64,000 bases of DNA. Origin: Hypanus sabinus (lineage: Eukaryota). The stretch spans positions 13,144,001-13,208,000 of the forward strand of contig NC_082724.1 in NCBI RefSeq assembly GCF_030144855.1. Direction: 5' to 3'. Position 1 is the first letter of the stretch, and every line of letters starts with the position of its first letter. The position numbers were made by a program, and so were the translations under genes. This document shows positions 12,751-24,683 of the stretch, in pieces. The notes under the pieces were generated by a model. It worked only from the letters and a program-made list of their open reading frames with translations, did not search any database and was not told the DNA's origin.

Positions 12751-14469
12751 TGGATATCTCCAGTACCTTTGAAATGCCACTCAAACTCATTTTGTGGAAT
12801 GGCTGAGTCAGCTGAACCAATGTCCAATTCTATTTCAATTAATTTGTCATTCACTTCTGGTTTAGGCCATATTGCTTGTCTATTGTTAGTTTTGATACTG
12901 TAAATTTCAAAGGCACTCAGTCCTATATCACTCTCATCATTAACAGAGTTTTTATCAACAGCATGCAGATTAGTGCTCTTTTTGAAACTGCCGCTTGATT
13001 TTTATCTTTTTCTCTTCCCTGTGCAGTCCATTTATTCTTTTCTGCTTGATATGCTCGTTGTATGTGTCCAATTTTGCTGCATTTTCTGCTAGTTCTGTGT
13101 GTAAACCTGCATTGATCCAATGTATGTGAGCCCCTCTCACAATGGTAACATAATTTGTTTGGCAAGACAAGCTTCTGTCTACATGCCCCAATTTTGTTCA
13201 CACTCATTTTCATTCCTGATTGCAACTCAATTGCATCTCTGCCTGCTGCTTCCATTGATACAGTGATTTCAACTGTTCTTTTAAATACAGGTTGTGCTTC
13301 AGTTAGGAGCTATTTTTGAATGCTTTCTTATAAGATTCTGTGATCAAAATGATCTCTCAGTGCATTATTAAGCCCATTACCAAACTGACAATGCTAAAAA
13401 ACTCTCTTTAATTCAGCCACATTTGTTGAAATGGACTCCCCTTCTTTGTGATTCTGCTTATGAAACCTAAAGCATTTTGCAATCCATAATTGGTTTGGTT
13501 CTAAATGTTCCTGCATTACTTTCACAATATTAGCGAAACTCATTTTGGCTCATTTGGTTGGCTCAGTTAAACTTTGAAGCAAACTGCATGCCTTCAAATC
13601 TAATGTTTCTCATTGGCTATTCAATTTACTTCAAAATACTGCTCAGTAGAGTCAATATATAAAATCCAGTTATCTGTTGCATAATTAAATGTGTCAATCT
13701 TTCTGAAGTAGCCAGCTATTTCTACTTTTTTTTAATGAATACTATCACCCAGTGCTCACTGTTTATGCGCCCGTGAATTCTTCCATTTTCTGCCTTTTCC
13801 TTTAACTTGATCGTGTTTCCTTTTGCAAAGAAAACATGCTGCTCCAAAGAAAAAACAATACATGCTATGCTTTATTTTTTTTACCTTGAACATCTCACTG
13901 CACTTCAACAGGTAGGTAATCACTTTGGGTTCTTTTAAAGCTTTCTAATCACCACTATTATGTGTTGCAACTCCAAAACATAAAACCTAATTAAAAGAAA
14001 AACAAGAGAGCCAGAAAATTTCTAATGTACATTAAGTTTTTTTACTTAAGCAAAGCACACATGCATCACATGGTGGCATGATGACATATGCCATGTATGA
14101 ATTTTACATATAACAATAATTGATTATCTAAATGAACAAAATGCTTAATTAAATGTATTTACAATATTACTCAAGTATTACTGAAATGTTAGGTACACAA
14201 TAAAGTACATTGGAAAATTGTCCCCTGAAGGCAAAATATATAACAATTGATATGTTTTATTTCTGACTAAACTTCACTTCACTAATTCAAGGTTTGTCAA
14301 ACCTGCCATTCCTTTTTAAAATCATTGGGATTTGTTTTGTTATGGTTGATTTTATTAATGAGAAACTCTAGTTGTGAATGATTTGCCTATGTGAAGGTAC
14401 TCTTATTTTTGATTATGAATGTTTCCAATCGTCTTTTAGTTTTGTTGAAACCTCTTGCAAAGAATCATA

Positions 14470-14557
14470 TCACAAAGAAGAGTAAGTCTGCAGATGCTGG
14501 AAGTCCAAGCAACACACACAAAATGATGGAGGAACTCAGCATTTTGTGTGTGTTGTT
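14470..14557. mobile_element. Short Penelope-like terminal palindrome
   Basis: aacacacacaaaatg...cattttgtgtgtgtt inverted pair; TSD-like aaagaatcata / aaagaattata. Confidence 0.65.
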
Positions 14558-14788
14558 TAAAGAATTATAGTTCATTTCCTGTCTATTTACATATAGTATA
14601 TGCATGTACGCAGTTTGATATTCTTCAAGGCTTTAGGGTTGGGTGTACTGCAGAAAGCTTTTAAGTGAATTAAATGTTGTTCATCTAACTATTAATTATG
14701 TCAAACAAATACATTAGTTGCTGTCACTAACAGAGCCTCAAGAGACTTAATAGTAAACTAGGTTTAAATTAGGTTCAACGTACATTTT

Positions 14789-15945
14789 GGGTGGCAGATA
14801 CTTCTCTACCAAAAGAGATGTAAGGTGTTCCTTCTCTCCAGCTAGCAAGGTGTAGCACCTGCTTACCCCCCCCCCCACCCCTCCCTTGAAGTTATGGGAC
14901 CAGGTGGTGGATGGTTATATGAGCAACTGATGCATAACTGATGTGGTTGTACATTTTGGAAGAAGAAACAATCGGGCAGATTCTTATTTAGGTGGGGAGA
15001 AAATATAAAAATCAAAGGGACTTGGGGGTCCTCGTGCAGGATACCCTAAAGGTTAACCACCAGGTTGGATTGGCGGTTAGGAAAATGAATGCTATGTTGG
15101 CATGCATTTCAAGAGGAATATTGTATAAGAGTCAGTAGGTGTTGATGTGTCTCAAAGGGGCACTGGTGAGATCCCATTTGGAATACTGTGTGCAGTTTTG
15201 GGCCCCCTATCTTAGAAAGGGTGTGCTGATGTTGGAGAGAGTTCAGAGAAGATTCACTAGGATGATTCCTGGAATGCAGGGGCTAACATATGAGGAGTGT
15301 TTGTTGGCTCTTGGATTGTATTCATTAGAGTATAGAAGAATGAGAGGGGATCTCATAGAAACATTTCAAATGTTGGAAGGGTTAGACAGAGTAGTTGTGG
15401 AAAGGCTGTTTCCCTTGGTGGGTGAGTCCAGGACAAAAGGTTACAGTCTTAGAATTAGAGGTACCCATTTAAAACAGAGATGAGGAAAAAAAAAATTTAG
15501 CCAGAGGGTCATGGATTTATGGAACTCGTTGCCACATACAGCTGTGAAGGCCCAATCATTGAGGGTGTTTAAGGAGGAGATTGATAGGTATCTAATTAGT
15601 CAGGGTATCAAGGGATATGGGGAAAAAACTGGAAATTGGAACTAGGTGGAAGAATAGTTTAGCTCATGGTGGAGTGGCGGAGCAGACTCGATGGGCCAAA
15701 TGGCCTACTTCTGCTCCTTTGTCTTGTGATCTTGTGATATCGCTTGTCCTGGTGATGCAACCACTGACTCCAGGCAGACAATCTCTGAAGAGTATTGATA
15801 ATGGCTGGGGTCACCCATCTTGTAAAGGCACTGCACAAAAGATGGAAATGGCAAATCACTTCTGTAGAAAAATTTACCAAGAACAATCATGGTCATGGAA
15901 TGACCATGATCACCTACATCATACAACTTGGTACATAATGAACAA
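14789..15945 (+). mobile_element. RTE-related SINE split by a CR1 insertion
   Basis: 5' part ~14789-14936 and 3' part ~15737-15945 match the intact copies at ~19956, 23020 and ~29640. Confidence 0.75.
14937..15736 (+). mobile_element. CR1 LINE 3' portion
   Basis: ALVRSHLEYCVQFWAPYLRK, LERVQRRFTRMIPG, LGLYSLEYRRMRGDLIETF; tail tcttgtgatcttgtg. Confidence 0.92.
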
Positions 15946-16640
15946 ACATAACATCATTTATACATTTTCCGGTGAAAAAATTTCTGTCTGAAGCTGGTCA
16001 TAAAATCACTTGTCTACATCAATTTACTTATATTTGAACCCTGAAGACTGCCTTGCCCTCCCAATCCAGATGGATAGTCATCAGGACGAGAGGCAGTCAA
16101 AGGAAATGCTGGGATCAGCTGCCCGGCCAACCCAGAATGGTCCCATTATCAAAAGGGGAAGAGGCAAGACTAGTGACCAGCTTGTGGAGCCAAGAGAAGA
16201 ACATTTGGAACATTTGGTGCACCTGTCACCAAAGGATTATATAAGAGAAAAAATATAAATCCGTTGCAATGCACAATACCATTTTCTGTTCAGATTGTGG
16301 AGGAACGTTTATAGCCTAGTCCAGATGAAGATATCAGGACCTGATAGTCACCCATAGAAGTGTATCTGGCTTGCATTGCATGTCAAAAATATGAACCTGT
16401 CAGATCAAGGGGTTAGGTGGGAAATCTTACCAAATTGATTTACTCACTTGCCTATTTTTCGCTTATCAGCAGTAGTATGGAGTGAATAATGTCAGATCAC
16501 AGAGAGAAATTGATTCGTCAACTCATTTGACAGATGAAAATAATACTGTTGACAAACATCTTTTGTTGCTTTCAACTACTATGTGTTCCATTACATCACT
16601 TATGATTGCTAAATTTTTGTTATGTTTACTTCCCCTACAG

Positions 16641-16838
16641 GTTTAGCTGGCAATCCTGTAGATCTTGAAAACAGAAAACGGATTTTTGGTAGAAACTTTA
16701 TACCTCCAAAAAAGCCAAAAACTTTCCTACAGTTAATCTGGGAAGCACTACAAGATGTGACCCTAATCATCCTAGAACTTGCAGCCATTATCTCCTTGGG
16801 CCTCTCATTTTATCAACCACCTGGAGAAAGAAGTGAAA
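16641..16838 (+). CDS. ATP2B: Plasma membrane Ca2+-transporting ATPase (PMCA), internal coding exon (N-terminal domain + TM1)
   Basis: Encodes (G)[65 protein letters not shown], a PMCA signature. Acceptor cccctacag| at 16640, donor |gtgagt at 16839; 198 nt, phase 1-1. Paralog not resolved. Confidence 0.97.
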
Positions 16839-17359
16839 GTGAGTAAAAGTATTTTACTTAACATTTGTATGCTGGCTAATTATATAATAATATTAATAAT
16901 TGAATGTAAATGGTGTACTCACAAAATTAATCATTGTGACAAAATGTGCAATTAAATCGATGATCCAAAAATTCTCAATCAACCAGTTTAAAGCCATACA
17001 TAGCTAATTTAAAAGAGAGTGACATACTGGAATTCAGTAAATTTTTTGTACTGGTCCTGATCTGGAACTAACTAATACCAGTGAAATGTTGGGTAATGTG
17101 TCGCTGATTCACTGGCATTTATTTCCTAGAAGTTATTAATCACTGCTAATAGCATGAGACAGTGATGGAGAAATCTGTTGCCTCTTTCATGCATCTGCTG
17201 ACCTTTATAACGTTAGCCTTTGTGGCCTTACCATCCCTAGTTGCAATATGTCTAATTGGCATGAACTTGATTGTTTCATCTGTAAGTCTGTTTAATATAT
17301 CTGTGTATATTTTAAAACTTGTGTTTGATTGCACAATCTGAGCTGTATACAGCTGTTTA

Positions 17360-18130
17360 AATCAGGCTCAAGTCATAGGCCCTTCAGCTGCTTAAGTCTG
17401 CTCTGCCATTTCGTAAAGTCATGGCTGATACGATTGCACATTCCATTCCATGTTCCCAATAATTCCAATTATATTTCACAAATGCTTCTAATGCAGGGCC
17501 TCCAACCTGAAACATCAACAGTTCCTCTCCAAACCCACCATGACCTCCCCCTCCCCGCACCACCAACATTGCTCGATATGCTGAGTTCTTCTAGAATTTG
17601 ATTTTTTTTTGCTCCATTTAAGGCCACAAGATATATGAGTAGAATTAGGCCACTTAGCCCTAGTCTGACTGCCATTTCATCATGGCTGATCCATTTTCCT
17701 CTCAGCCCCAATCACCTGCCTTCTCCCCATATTCCTTAGTGCCATGACTAATTAAGAATCTATCAACCTCTGCCTTAAATCTAGACAATAACTTGGTCTC
17801 CATTGTCATCAGTGGCAATGAATTCCACAGATTCACCATACTCTGGCTAAATAAACTCCTCTTCATCTCCATTCCCTCTCAGCTTAGACTCCCCAACCAG
17901 AGGAAACATCCTCTCCACATCCACTCTATTTTCCAGCATCTGCAGTCTTTTGTGTCTCCAGTAATCTTTCAGCCCTTTGTTTATCAAGAATCAACCTACT
18001 TCTGCCTTAAAATATTTAAAGACTCAGCTTCCACCGCCCTTTAACAAAGATTGTTAAGAAGCGTGACCTCTGAGAGAGAAAAAAACACTGCCTTATTATT
18101 TTAAGTGGATGAGCCCTGAATTTTGAATAG
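17360..18130 (-). mobile_element. Mosaic of CR1 3' fragments with Penelope terminal pieces
   Basis: Reverse-complement CR1 3' UTR (catggctgatcc, gaattccacagattcacc) interleaved with ctgagttcttctag / ttccagcatctgcag pieces. Confidence 0.6.
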
Positions 18131-18192
18131 TGAACATTTATTCTACATGCATTTTCTCAAAAAAAGAGATTCTTTTCACATTCTCTCAGAAG

Positions 18193-18486
18193 ACAGTAGC
18201 TTAGCGGTTAACACAAAGCTATTAGTGGTTAGCACAAACCCTCGCAGTCCAGGGTTCAAAGTTAAGTTCTGGTGCTCTCTGTGAGGATTTGTAAATTCTC
18301 CCCCTGTGACCATATAGGTTTCCTCTGGGTGCTCTGATTTCCTCCCATCGTCCAAAGTCACAGTGATGGGTCGGTTATTTGGCCCTTACAAATTCTCGTA
18401 TGATTAGACTAGTAAATAGGCGGGATGCTGGGCAGTGCGGCCCATTGAGCTGGAAAGACCTGCTCTGCACTGTGTCTCTAAATAAA
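18193..18486 (+). mobile_element. V-SINE (tRNA-derived, HE1-like)
   Basis: A/B-box-like head (tagcggtta, gggttcaaa), V-domain ggtttcctctgggtgctctgatttcctccca and taaataaa tail. Confidence 0.75.
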
Positions 18487-18520
18487 TCAATGGACAGATA
18501 GACAGATAAATAAGACTGCA

Positions 18521-18642
18521 AACTAGAGAAAATCAGCAGATGCTGGAAATCCAAGCAACATACCCAAAATGCTGGAGAAAGCGAGGCAGCATCTATGGAA
18601 AAGAGTAAACAGTCAACATTTCGGGCTGAAACCCTTCAGCAG
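18521..18642 (-). mobile_element. Penelope-like terminal insertion beginning at a hammerhead-like core
   Basis: TSD taaataagactgca (18507-18520) / taaattagactgca (18643-18656). The minus strand starts CTGCTGA-agggtttcagccc-GAAA-tGTT-gactg. Confidence 0.8.
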
Positions 18643-18656
18643 TAAATTAGACTGCA

Positions 18657-18956
18657 TTTTATTTGTTTACTTATTTATTGAGATATGGCGTGGAATAGGC
18701 CATTCTGGCCCTTCAAGCCACACTGCCCAGTAATCCCCTGATTTAATCTGAGCCTATTCTCAGGACACTTTAAAATGTCCAATTAACTTACCAACTGGTA
18801 CATCTTTGGACTCTGGGAGGAAACGGGAGCACCTGAAGGAAACCCATGCGGCCACAGGGAGAATGTGCAAAATCCTTAGAGAGAGTGATGGGAATTGAAC
18901 CTGGATCGTCTAAATTGTAAAGCATTGCGTTAACCACTACGCTACTGTGCTACCCC
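18657..18956 (-). mobile_element. V-SINE
   Basis: Reverse-complement V domain (gggaggaaacgggagcacctgaaggaaaccca), tRNA-like head and (TAAA)n tail. Confidence 0.8.
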
Positions 18957-19955
18957 ATCTTTTCTAGTATGAAGTCCATTATCCATGCTACACTTGTTCC
19001 TGTAACTCAGGCAGACTACTTCTTTCTCAGCGTCTCTCCTCTACCACATTCAAGAATGCAGGTCTTATCACCTCTGGACAACCTCCATTAGGATCTCCAA
19101 CATAATGCGCAAAGGAATGTGCAGGTTATCGCTCAGTCCCTGCAGCAATCTGAATTATTCTCTTGTGTTGAGCGAAGTTCACAGTTTCATTGTAAGTGAG
19201 TGTGCCTGTGACTGTGAACACCAACCTAGCAAAATTACTCCAAGTTAATGCATGGGTACCAAATCTGTTGGTCTTTTCGCTTTTCCGTACATGACCGAGT
19301 TGTCATAATTACAGATTTTCTCCAAGATTGCAGGCAAAGCCTTTTTTTAAATGAAAGAAACATTCTGGGTTGTGGGTGACATTGGCTGGGATGCTTGTCA
19401 GATCATCTCAAATGGCAGAAAAGAGTCAGCAGCATTACTGTAGGTGTGGGATTACACACAGGCCAGAATGAGTAAAGATGGTAAATTTTCTTCCAAAGAG
19501 GGCAATAGCAGGGATATTTCAAAAGCACAATGCTCACTTAGAGCCTGTTTCTCCCCTTTCCTTAAATAACCCACGATTCTAGCTGTTCACAACATGTAAG
19601 TATCAATCGAGCAGCTCATGTCCGTGGCCATTATGACTGTTTCCAATTGACACAGTACTCCGGTATGTTCAGAGTGAATAGCAAAAGAGATTAAAGGCCA
19701 ACACTTTCAAAGCTGCTACTGTCTGCCCATGACCTTTATTGTAGATTCTTTCACATGAAAGGCACCAGGTAGTTTTGTCTTGACAGATACTTCATCATGC
19801 TCCAGTGTATCATTGCACCATCAAGGTGGATGTTTACAGTGCGACTTGACATTTTGCAATAAGTCTGCTTCAGAAGACAAAATGAATTTATTTCCAGTGA
19901 GCAGAGGGACTGATCCAGTATTCTGAGCACGTATGCCTGATTTAGTGTTGCAGTT

Positions 19956-20318
19956 GAGTGGCAGGGTGGAGATGCGTCCCTACCAAAGGAGGTGTAAGGT
20001 GCTCCTTTCCTCCGCTAGCCTGCAGGTCACTATTGGGCAAGGTGTAGCCCCTGTTTAGCCACCCCGCCCCCCGATCAATGTCATGTAAAACCTTGGGAGC
20101 AGTGGGTAAATTGTCATACGAGTAGCTGGTGCATATCCCAAGTCCTAGCTATGTGACCCCTGATGCCAGGAGCTGTATTGATAATGGATGAGTCACCCAT
20201 CTTATAAAGCCACTGCCTGGCAGAACCACTTCTGCTGGGAAATTTGCCAACGACAATCACGGTTGTCGATAGACTATGATCGCCTATGTCATACGACATG
20301 GCACATAATGATGATGAG
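19956..20318 (+). mobile_element. RTE-related SINE
   Basis: Same family as 23020-23392; (ATG)n tail. Confidence 0.75.
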
Positions 20319-21134
20319 TTTTGGAGTTTAATTATGATCTTGGAAGTGCTTCAGCATGGTTTGAATATGAAAGGTGCTTGAAAAAGCTGTGTGAAAATTC
20401 CCAGTGGAGTTTGCCTACTTCATAGTTATGGGAGTTTAAAATGATCAGTTGTATGTGGAGAAATATCAGATGTCCTATGAATGTGTGAAAGAATACAGAA
20501 ATGTCTTCATCATAAGTTAAGAGAAGGAGTAATGCTTTATCAGTAATAAGGGATTAAGTTTGTAATGTGAAAGATTAGAGCTGAGGGCTGTTAAGTGAAC
20601 TTTTATGGGAACTGCAGGCAATAAAAGCCTTTTGCTTTATGTTTGCTTTTGATCATCTTGGTCATCATATGATAGAACAGAAATCAAGTTGTTGTTGGCG
20701 GTTCACCACCAAATGGCTTTTCTCAATAACACTTTGATTGGTCTGGTTATGAGAGAAGAAAGACTCTATGATGAAATAGCTGTGACATCTGTTCCTCTCA
20801 AACATGCTTAGCTGAGATCAGATTCAATTTATTTTATATACTGCATTCCTAGATATTACTTTCTGGAAGATATCCATTATACTTTCTATCTGCTTTTGCC
20901 GCTCTCCAGCTGTAATCTTTTTTTCATAGGTTTATCCCTCACTGAATGAGGTAACGATTTCCAGAGGATAGCTTTTGTTTAACTCATCCTCAAGCGCAGG
21001 CAATGTCTTCTGATTCTGTTTAGGACAAGGTGGTTAATTGTACCATGAATTACGATACCTAGTTGCTTCAGAATCCTCCAATTATCATAACTGTGATTTT
21101 TTTCAGAGAGAATGTGCTTACTTAATATACTAAG

Positions 21135-22200
21135 AGGCTTTCAACACTATGATTCCAAAGAAACCTGGATTCAGGTTCCAAGATCTAGGATCTGCCACTC
21201 TCCTGTGCAACTTCTTGACTAACAAGCTGCAATCAGTAGGAATAGGCAACAATACTTCTCCCACCTTCAACATTGGTGCCACACAAGACTGGACCCTCAG
21301 CCCTTTACTATACCTCTGACTTAGTCACAACCTGTGTAAGCATCACCAAATTCTGCTCTGACTTCATTTACACGTTTGCAGTTGACACCACTTTACTGAA
21401 CTGTATGTGAAACAATGATGAGACAGAGTATGAGGACGAGATAGAGAGCCTATTGGCATGGTGTGAAAGGCAACAACTTTCTGATCAATGTCAGCAAACC
21501 AAGATAGTTGGCCATTGACTTTGGCAGTCAGCACCATCAATCTTCGGGTCATGGTCCTCAAAAACTTGTGTTAATATTATATTTGTGTCTATATGCGTTA
21601 TTGCACTATGTGCTACATATGTTGTGTGTCATGTGTGAGTTGTGTACTGTGTTTTGCACCCTGGCACCAGAGAAATGAAGTTTTGTTTAGCGATAGACAC
21701 ATGTATGGTTGAATGAACTTGGGTGAAATACATGCCCCTGTCTGTATCAGTGGTGTTGAGATGGAGATGGTTGAAAGCTTCAAGTTCCTTGATGCGAATA
21801 TCACCAACAATATCACCATTATGGCCAAGAAAGCACTCCAGCACTTCTATTTCTCAGAAGACTGAGGAAATTTGACATGCCCCCATTGACTTCTGGATGC
21901 ACCACACAAATCATCTTATCCAGATGCATCACAGCTTGGTATGAAAACTGCCCTGCCTAATCCTCAAGAAATTGCAGAATTGTGAACAAGATCCAGTCCA
22001 TCATGCCAACCAGCCTCCTCAACACCAACTCTATTTAAACCTACTGCTGTTTCAGGAAAGTAGCCAGTATAACCAAGGACCACTCCCCATCATTCTCCCT
22101 TCTCCCTTCTCCCAGCACTCAGAAGGTATAAAAGCTTGAGAGCACGTACCACCAGGCTCAAGGGTAGCTTCTGCAGCCACTCTCCTGAATGCATCTGCCA
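21135..22200 (+). mobile_element. Old Rex1/Babar-like LINE
   Basis: Degenerate AFNT.IP, GATQ..LSPLL, FAVDTT and LPSQ.RRYKSLRARTTRLK motifs. Confidence 0.7.
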
Positions 22201-22209
22201 TACACTAAA

Positions 22210-22430
22210 AGATAGAGTCAGAGAAAAGTACAGCACAGAAACAGGCCCATCAGTCCATCTAGTCTGTGCTGAACCATTTGGACTGCTTGGTCCCGTTGAC
22301 CTGAATCAGGACCACAACCCTCCATCCCCCTGCCATCCACGCGCCTATCCAAAATTCTCCTAAACATTGAAATCTAGCTCAAGCACACCGTTTGCACTGG
22401 CAGCTTGTTCCACACTCTCACACACCCCGA
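22210..22430 (-). mobile_element. CR1 3' end
   Basis: agagtcagagaaaagtacagcacagaaacaggcc tail; a similar copy lies at 28757-29010. Confidence 0.7.
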
Positions 22431-22974
22431 TGAACTCATGATCTCCTCACCAAGGCCCTGGCATTTTATTTGCCTACCTGAACTGAACTTTCTTTGTAAC
22501 TGTAGCACTTTTCCATTCTGTTCTTTCCTCTTTATTACATTTTTGTACTTACAGAATGATCTTTCCGGGTGGCACTCAAACAATAGCTTTTCACTGTATT
22601 TTGGTGCATGTGACAGTGCCTCTCATTAAAATCAAATCCCACTAGCCCTTCATTCATTCTTCCATAACCTTGCAGGACTTACAATATGCTTTTCTTATGA
22701 AATGACAGGAGCAGGAAACAGCACTCTCCATACAATTACTTCAGAAGACAGGATAACCACACTATTTCAGTTTATTGTTAACCTTTTAAAACATCCACCA
22801 TCAGATTGGCTATCTTCACTGCAGCTGCATACAGTTGGACTATTTTTAATTTATCAGGATTACAAATTTCTCAAATGTTTTGCACACATTATTTTCTTTC
22901 CATTTATCTAATACTGCAACTAAAGCACTTTGCACTTACTGCCATCAACATTCTCCCATTAATGAGTGTTTTCA

Positions 22975-23640
22975 ATCAAAGTTCAAAGAAAATTTATTAT
23001 CAAAGTACATATTTGTCATGGGTGGCAGGGTGCAGGTACATCTCTACCAAAGGAGGTGTAAGGCACTCCTTGCCTCCGCAAGCCTGCAGGTCACCCTTGG
23101 GAAAGGTGTAGCATCTGCTTAGCCCTCTGATAAGGGTGACATGGAGCAGGTGATGGGTGGGCATACAAGCAGCTGGTGCATATCACAAGTCCTGGTTATG
23201 TGACCACTGACACCAGGCAGACAATCTCTGAAGAGTATTGATAATGGCTGGGGGCACCCATCGTGTAAAGACACTGCCCAGAAGAAGGCAATGGTAAGCC
23301 ACTTCTATAGAAAAAATTGGCAAGAACAATCATGGTCATAGAAAGACCATGATCACCCAGGTCATATTATGCAGCACATAATGATAATAATGACATATTT
23401 GTCATATATACTACACTGAGATTCATTTTCTTGCGTGCATTCACAATAAATACAAACACAGTAGAATCAATGAAAAACTATGCACAACAAAGACCAATAG
23501 AGAACCAATGTGCAAAAGACAACAACCTGTACAAATACCCAAAAGAAATAATAATAATAATAATAATAAATAAGCAATAAATATCAAGAACCTGAGTTAT
23601 AGAAGCCTTGAAAGTCAGTCCATAGTTTGTGGAATCCATG
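22975..23640 (-). mobile_element. Rex1/Babar-like 3' UTR interrupted by a SINE
   Basis: Tail ttcaaagaaaatttattatcaaagtac, which continues after 23405. Confidence 0.75.
23020..23392 (+). mobile_element. Full-length RTE-related SINE with 13-bp TSD
   Basis: Perfect TSD acatatttgtcat (23007-23019 / 23393-23405); atggtaagccacttc...gcaagaa segment resembles BovB/RTE-type SINE tails. Confidence 0.85.
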
Positions 23641-23687
23641 CTCTTGTAATTTGTTAACTTTGAATTAAGTGAACATTTAGACAATTA

Positions 23688-23785
23688 GTCTTGAAGAAGG
23701 GCCTCTGCCTGAAACATCGACTATTTATTCATGTCCATAGATGCTACCTGACCTGCTGAATTCCTCCAGCATTTTGTGTGTGTTG
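23688..23785 (+). mobile_element. 98-bp Penelope-like insertion (hammerhead-like motif + tail)
   Basis: Perfect 13-bp TSD atttagacaatta (23675-23687 / 23786-23798). Reads gtc TTGAAGA agggcctctgcct GAAAC ATC gacta. Confidence 0.85.
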
Positions 23786-24683
23786 ATTTAGACAATTATA
23801 TTTGAACTCCAGATAATTAATGAGGATATTAATCGAAATCAAAATTGTATCCTGCGCACTGAATTGGGAGCATTCAGTCATGCCGATGACAGTTCTTGTA
23901 CCACATCCAACACAAAATATTTTCATCTGTGCTCCCTCCGAATTACAGTGTCACAAGATTTACCAGAGTGCAGATCCAGAATATCCATTACATACCTACC
24001 TCAGTTTTTTAATACAAACACAGCTTTTTTTTGTCTGTTCCTAACTCCCTTGATAAGGCAATGGTGAACTGTGATTTAAACCCAAGAAGGCAGCGCACCA
24101 CAAAGTACTCAAAAGCAAAGGAGGATATGCAAAATATGCTGGATTTTATTAGTTTTTGAAAAGGATAGTGAGGCATAATATATTGTCATCAGCTGCCTTG
24201 CACCACATATAGTTTGGCATTTAATCTCTTCTAAATTCTGCCTATCACAAATCACCTTCTCATTCTTTATATTTCTATTTCCCTCCTTCCATGTCTCTGC
24301 ACTTCCACATAAATGCACAACAAAGAGTCAACAGCAGCAGCTCCCAAGTCTGCTTCATCATTTGATAAGATATGACTGGTTAGATTTCAATCTTTGCATT
24401 ATATATCCACCTACCCATGGGAAATTTTAATCCTTATCCCACCTTCCCCTTGGCATTGTGAAGAAAAAGTTCACTATATTTTTGTCCCACCTGAGCTATC
24501 TTTAAACAGTAACCCCTCATATCTGGTTCTTCCAAAGTCAAAATATATAAATCATACCTATCCTGTTAAGAGCCCTCAGGATTATCTCTGTTAATCATAT
24601 CACCTATCACTCTTCTAATCTCTAGTAGATACAAGCATAGCCCCTTGGACCTTTCTTCATAAAACAGTTTGTGCATTGAAGTT

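Larger units (their letters stand above)
10870..14201 (-). mobile_element. Degenerate Gypsy LTR retrotransposon with two LTRs; most of pol missing
   Basis: Direct repeats ~10870-11119 and ~13957-14201 share blocks (aactccaaa, gacatatgccat, ttttacatataac, tatttacaatatta, tattactgaaat). Minus-strand gag: AGYFRKIDTF and zinc knuckles CYHCERGSHTLDQC / CSKIGH. Protease-like IELDIGSADSAI at ~12800-12870. PPT-like gaggag next to the 3' LTR. Confidence 0.82.

Noticed and set aside
13905-13920. caacag|gtaggt as a recursive splice site
   Set aside because: It lies inside the antisense Gypsy leader and its pyrimidine tract is interrupted; probably chance.
1-16640. First coding exon of ATP2B
   Set aside because: No PMCA N-terminal peptide (ending ...LKTSP.E) was seen in the ORF track or on reading; it probably lies upstream.
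16622-16640. ORF-track start MFTSPT and the read-through tails of the exon ORFs
   Set aside because: These are intronic sequence outside the AG/GT boundaries (the same applies to 58956-59074).
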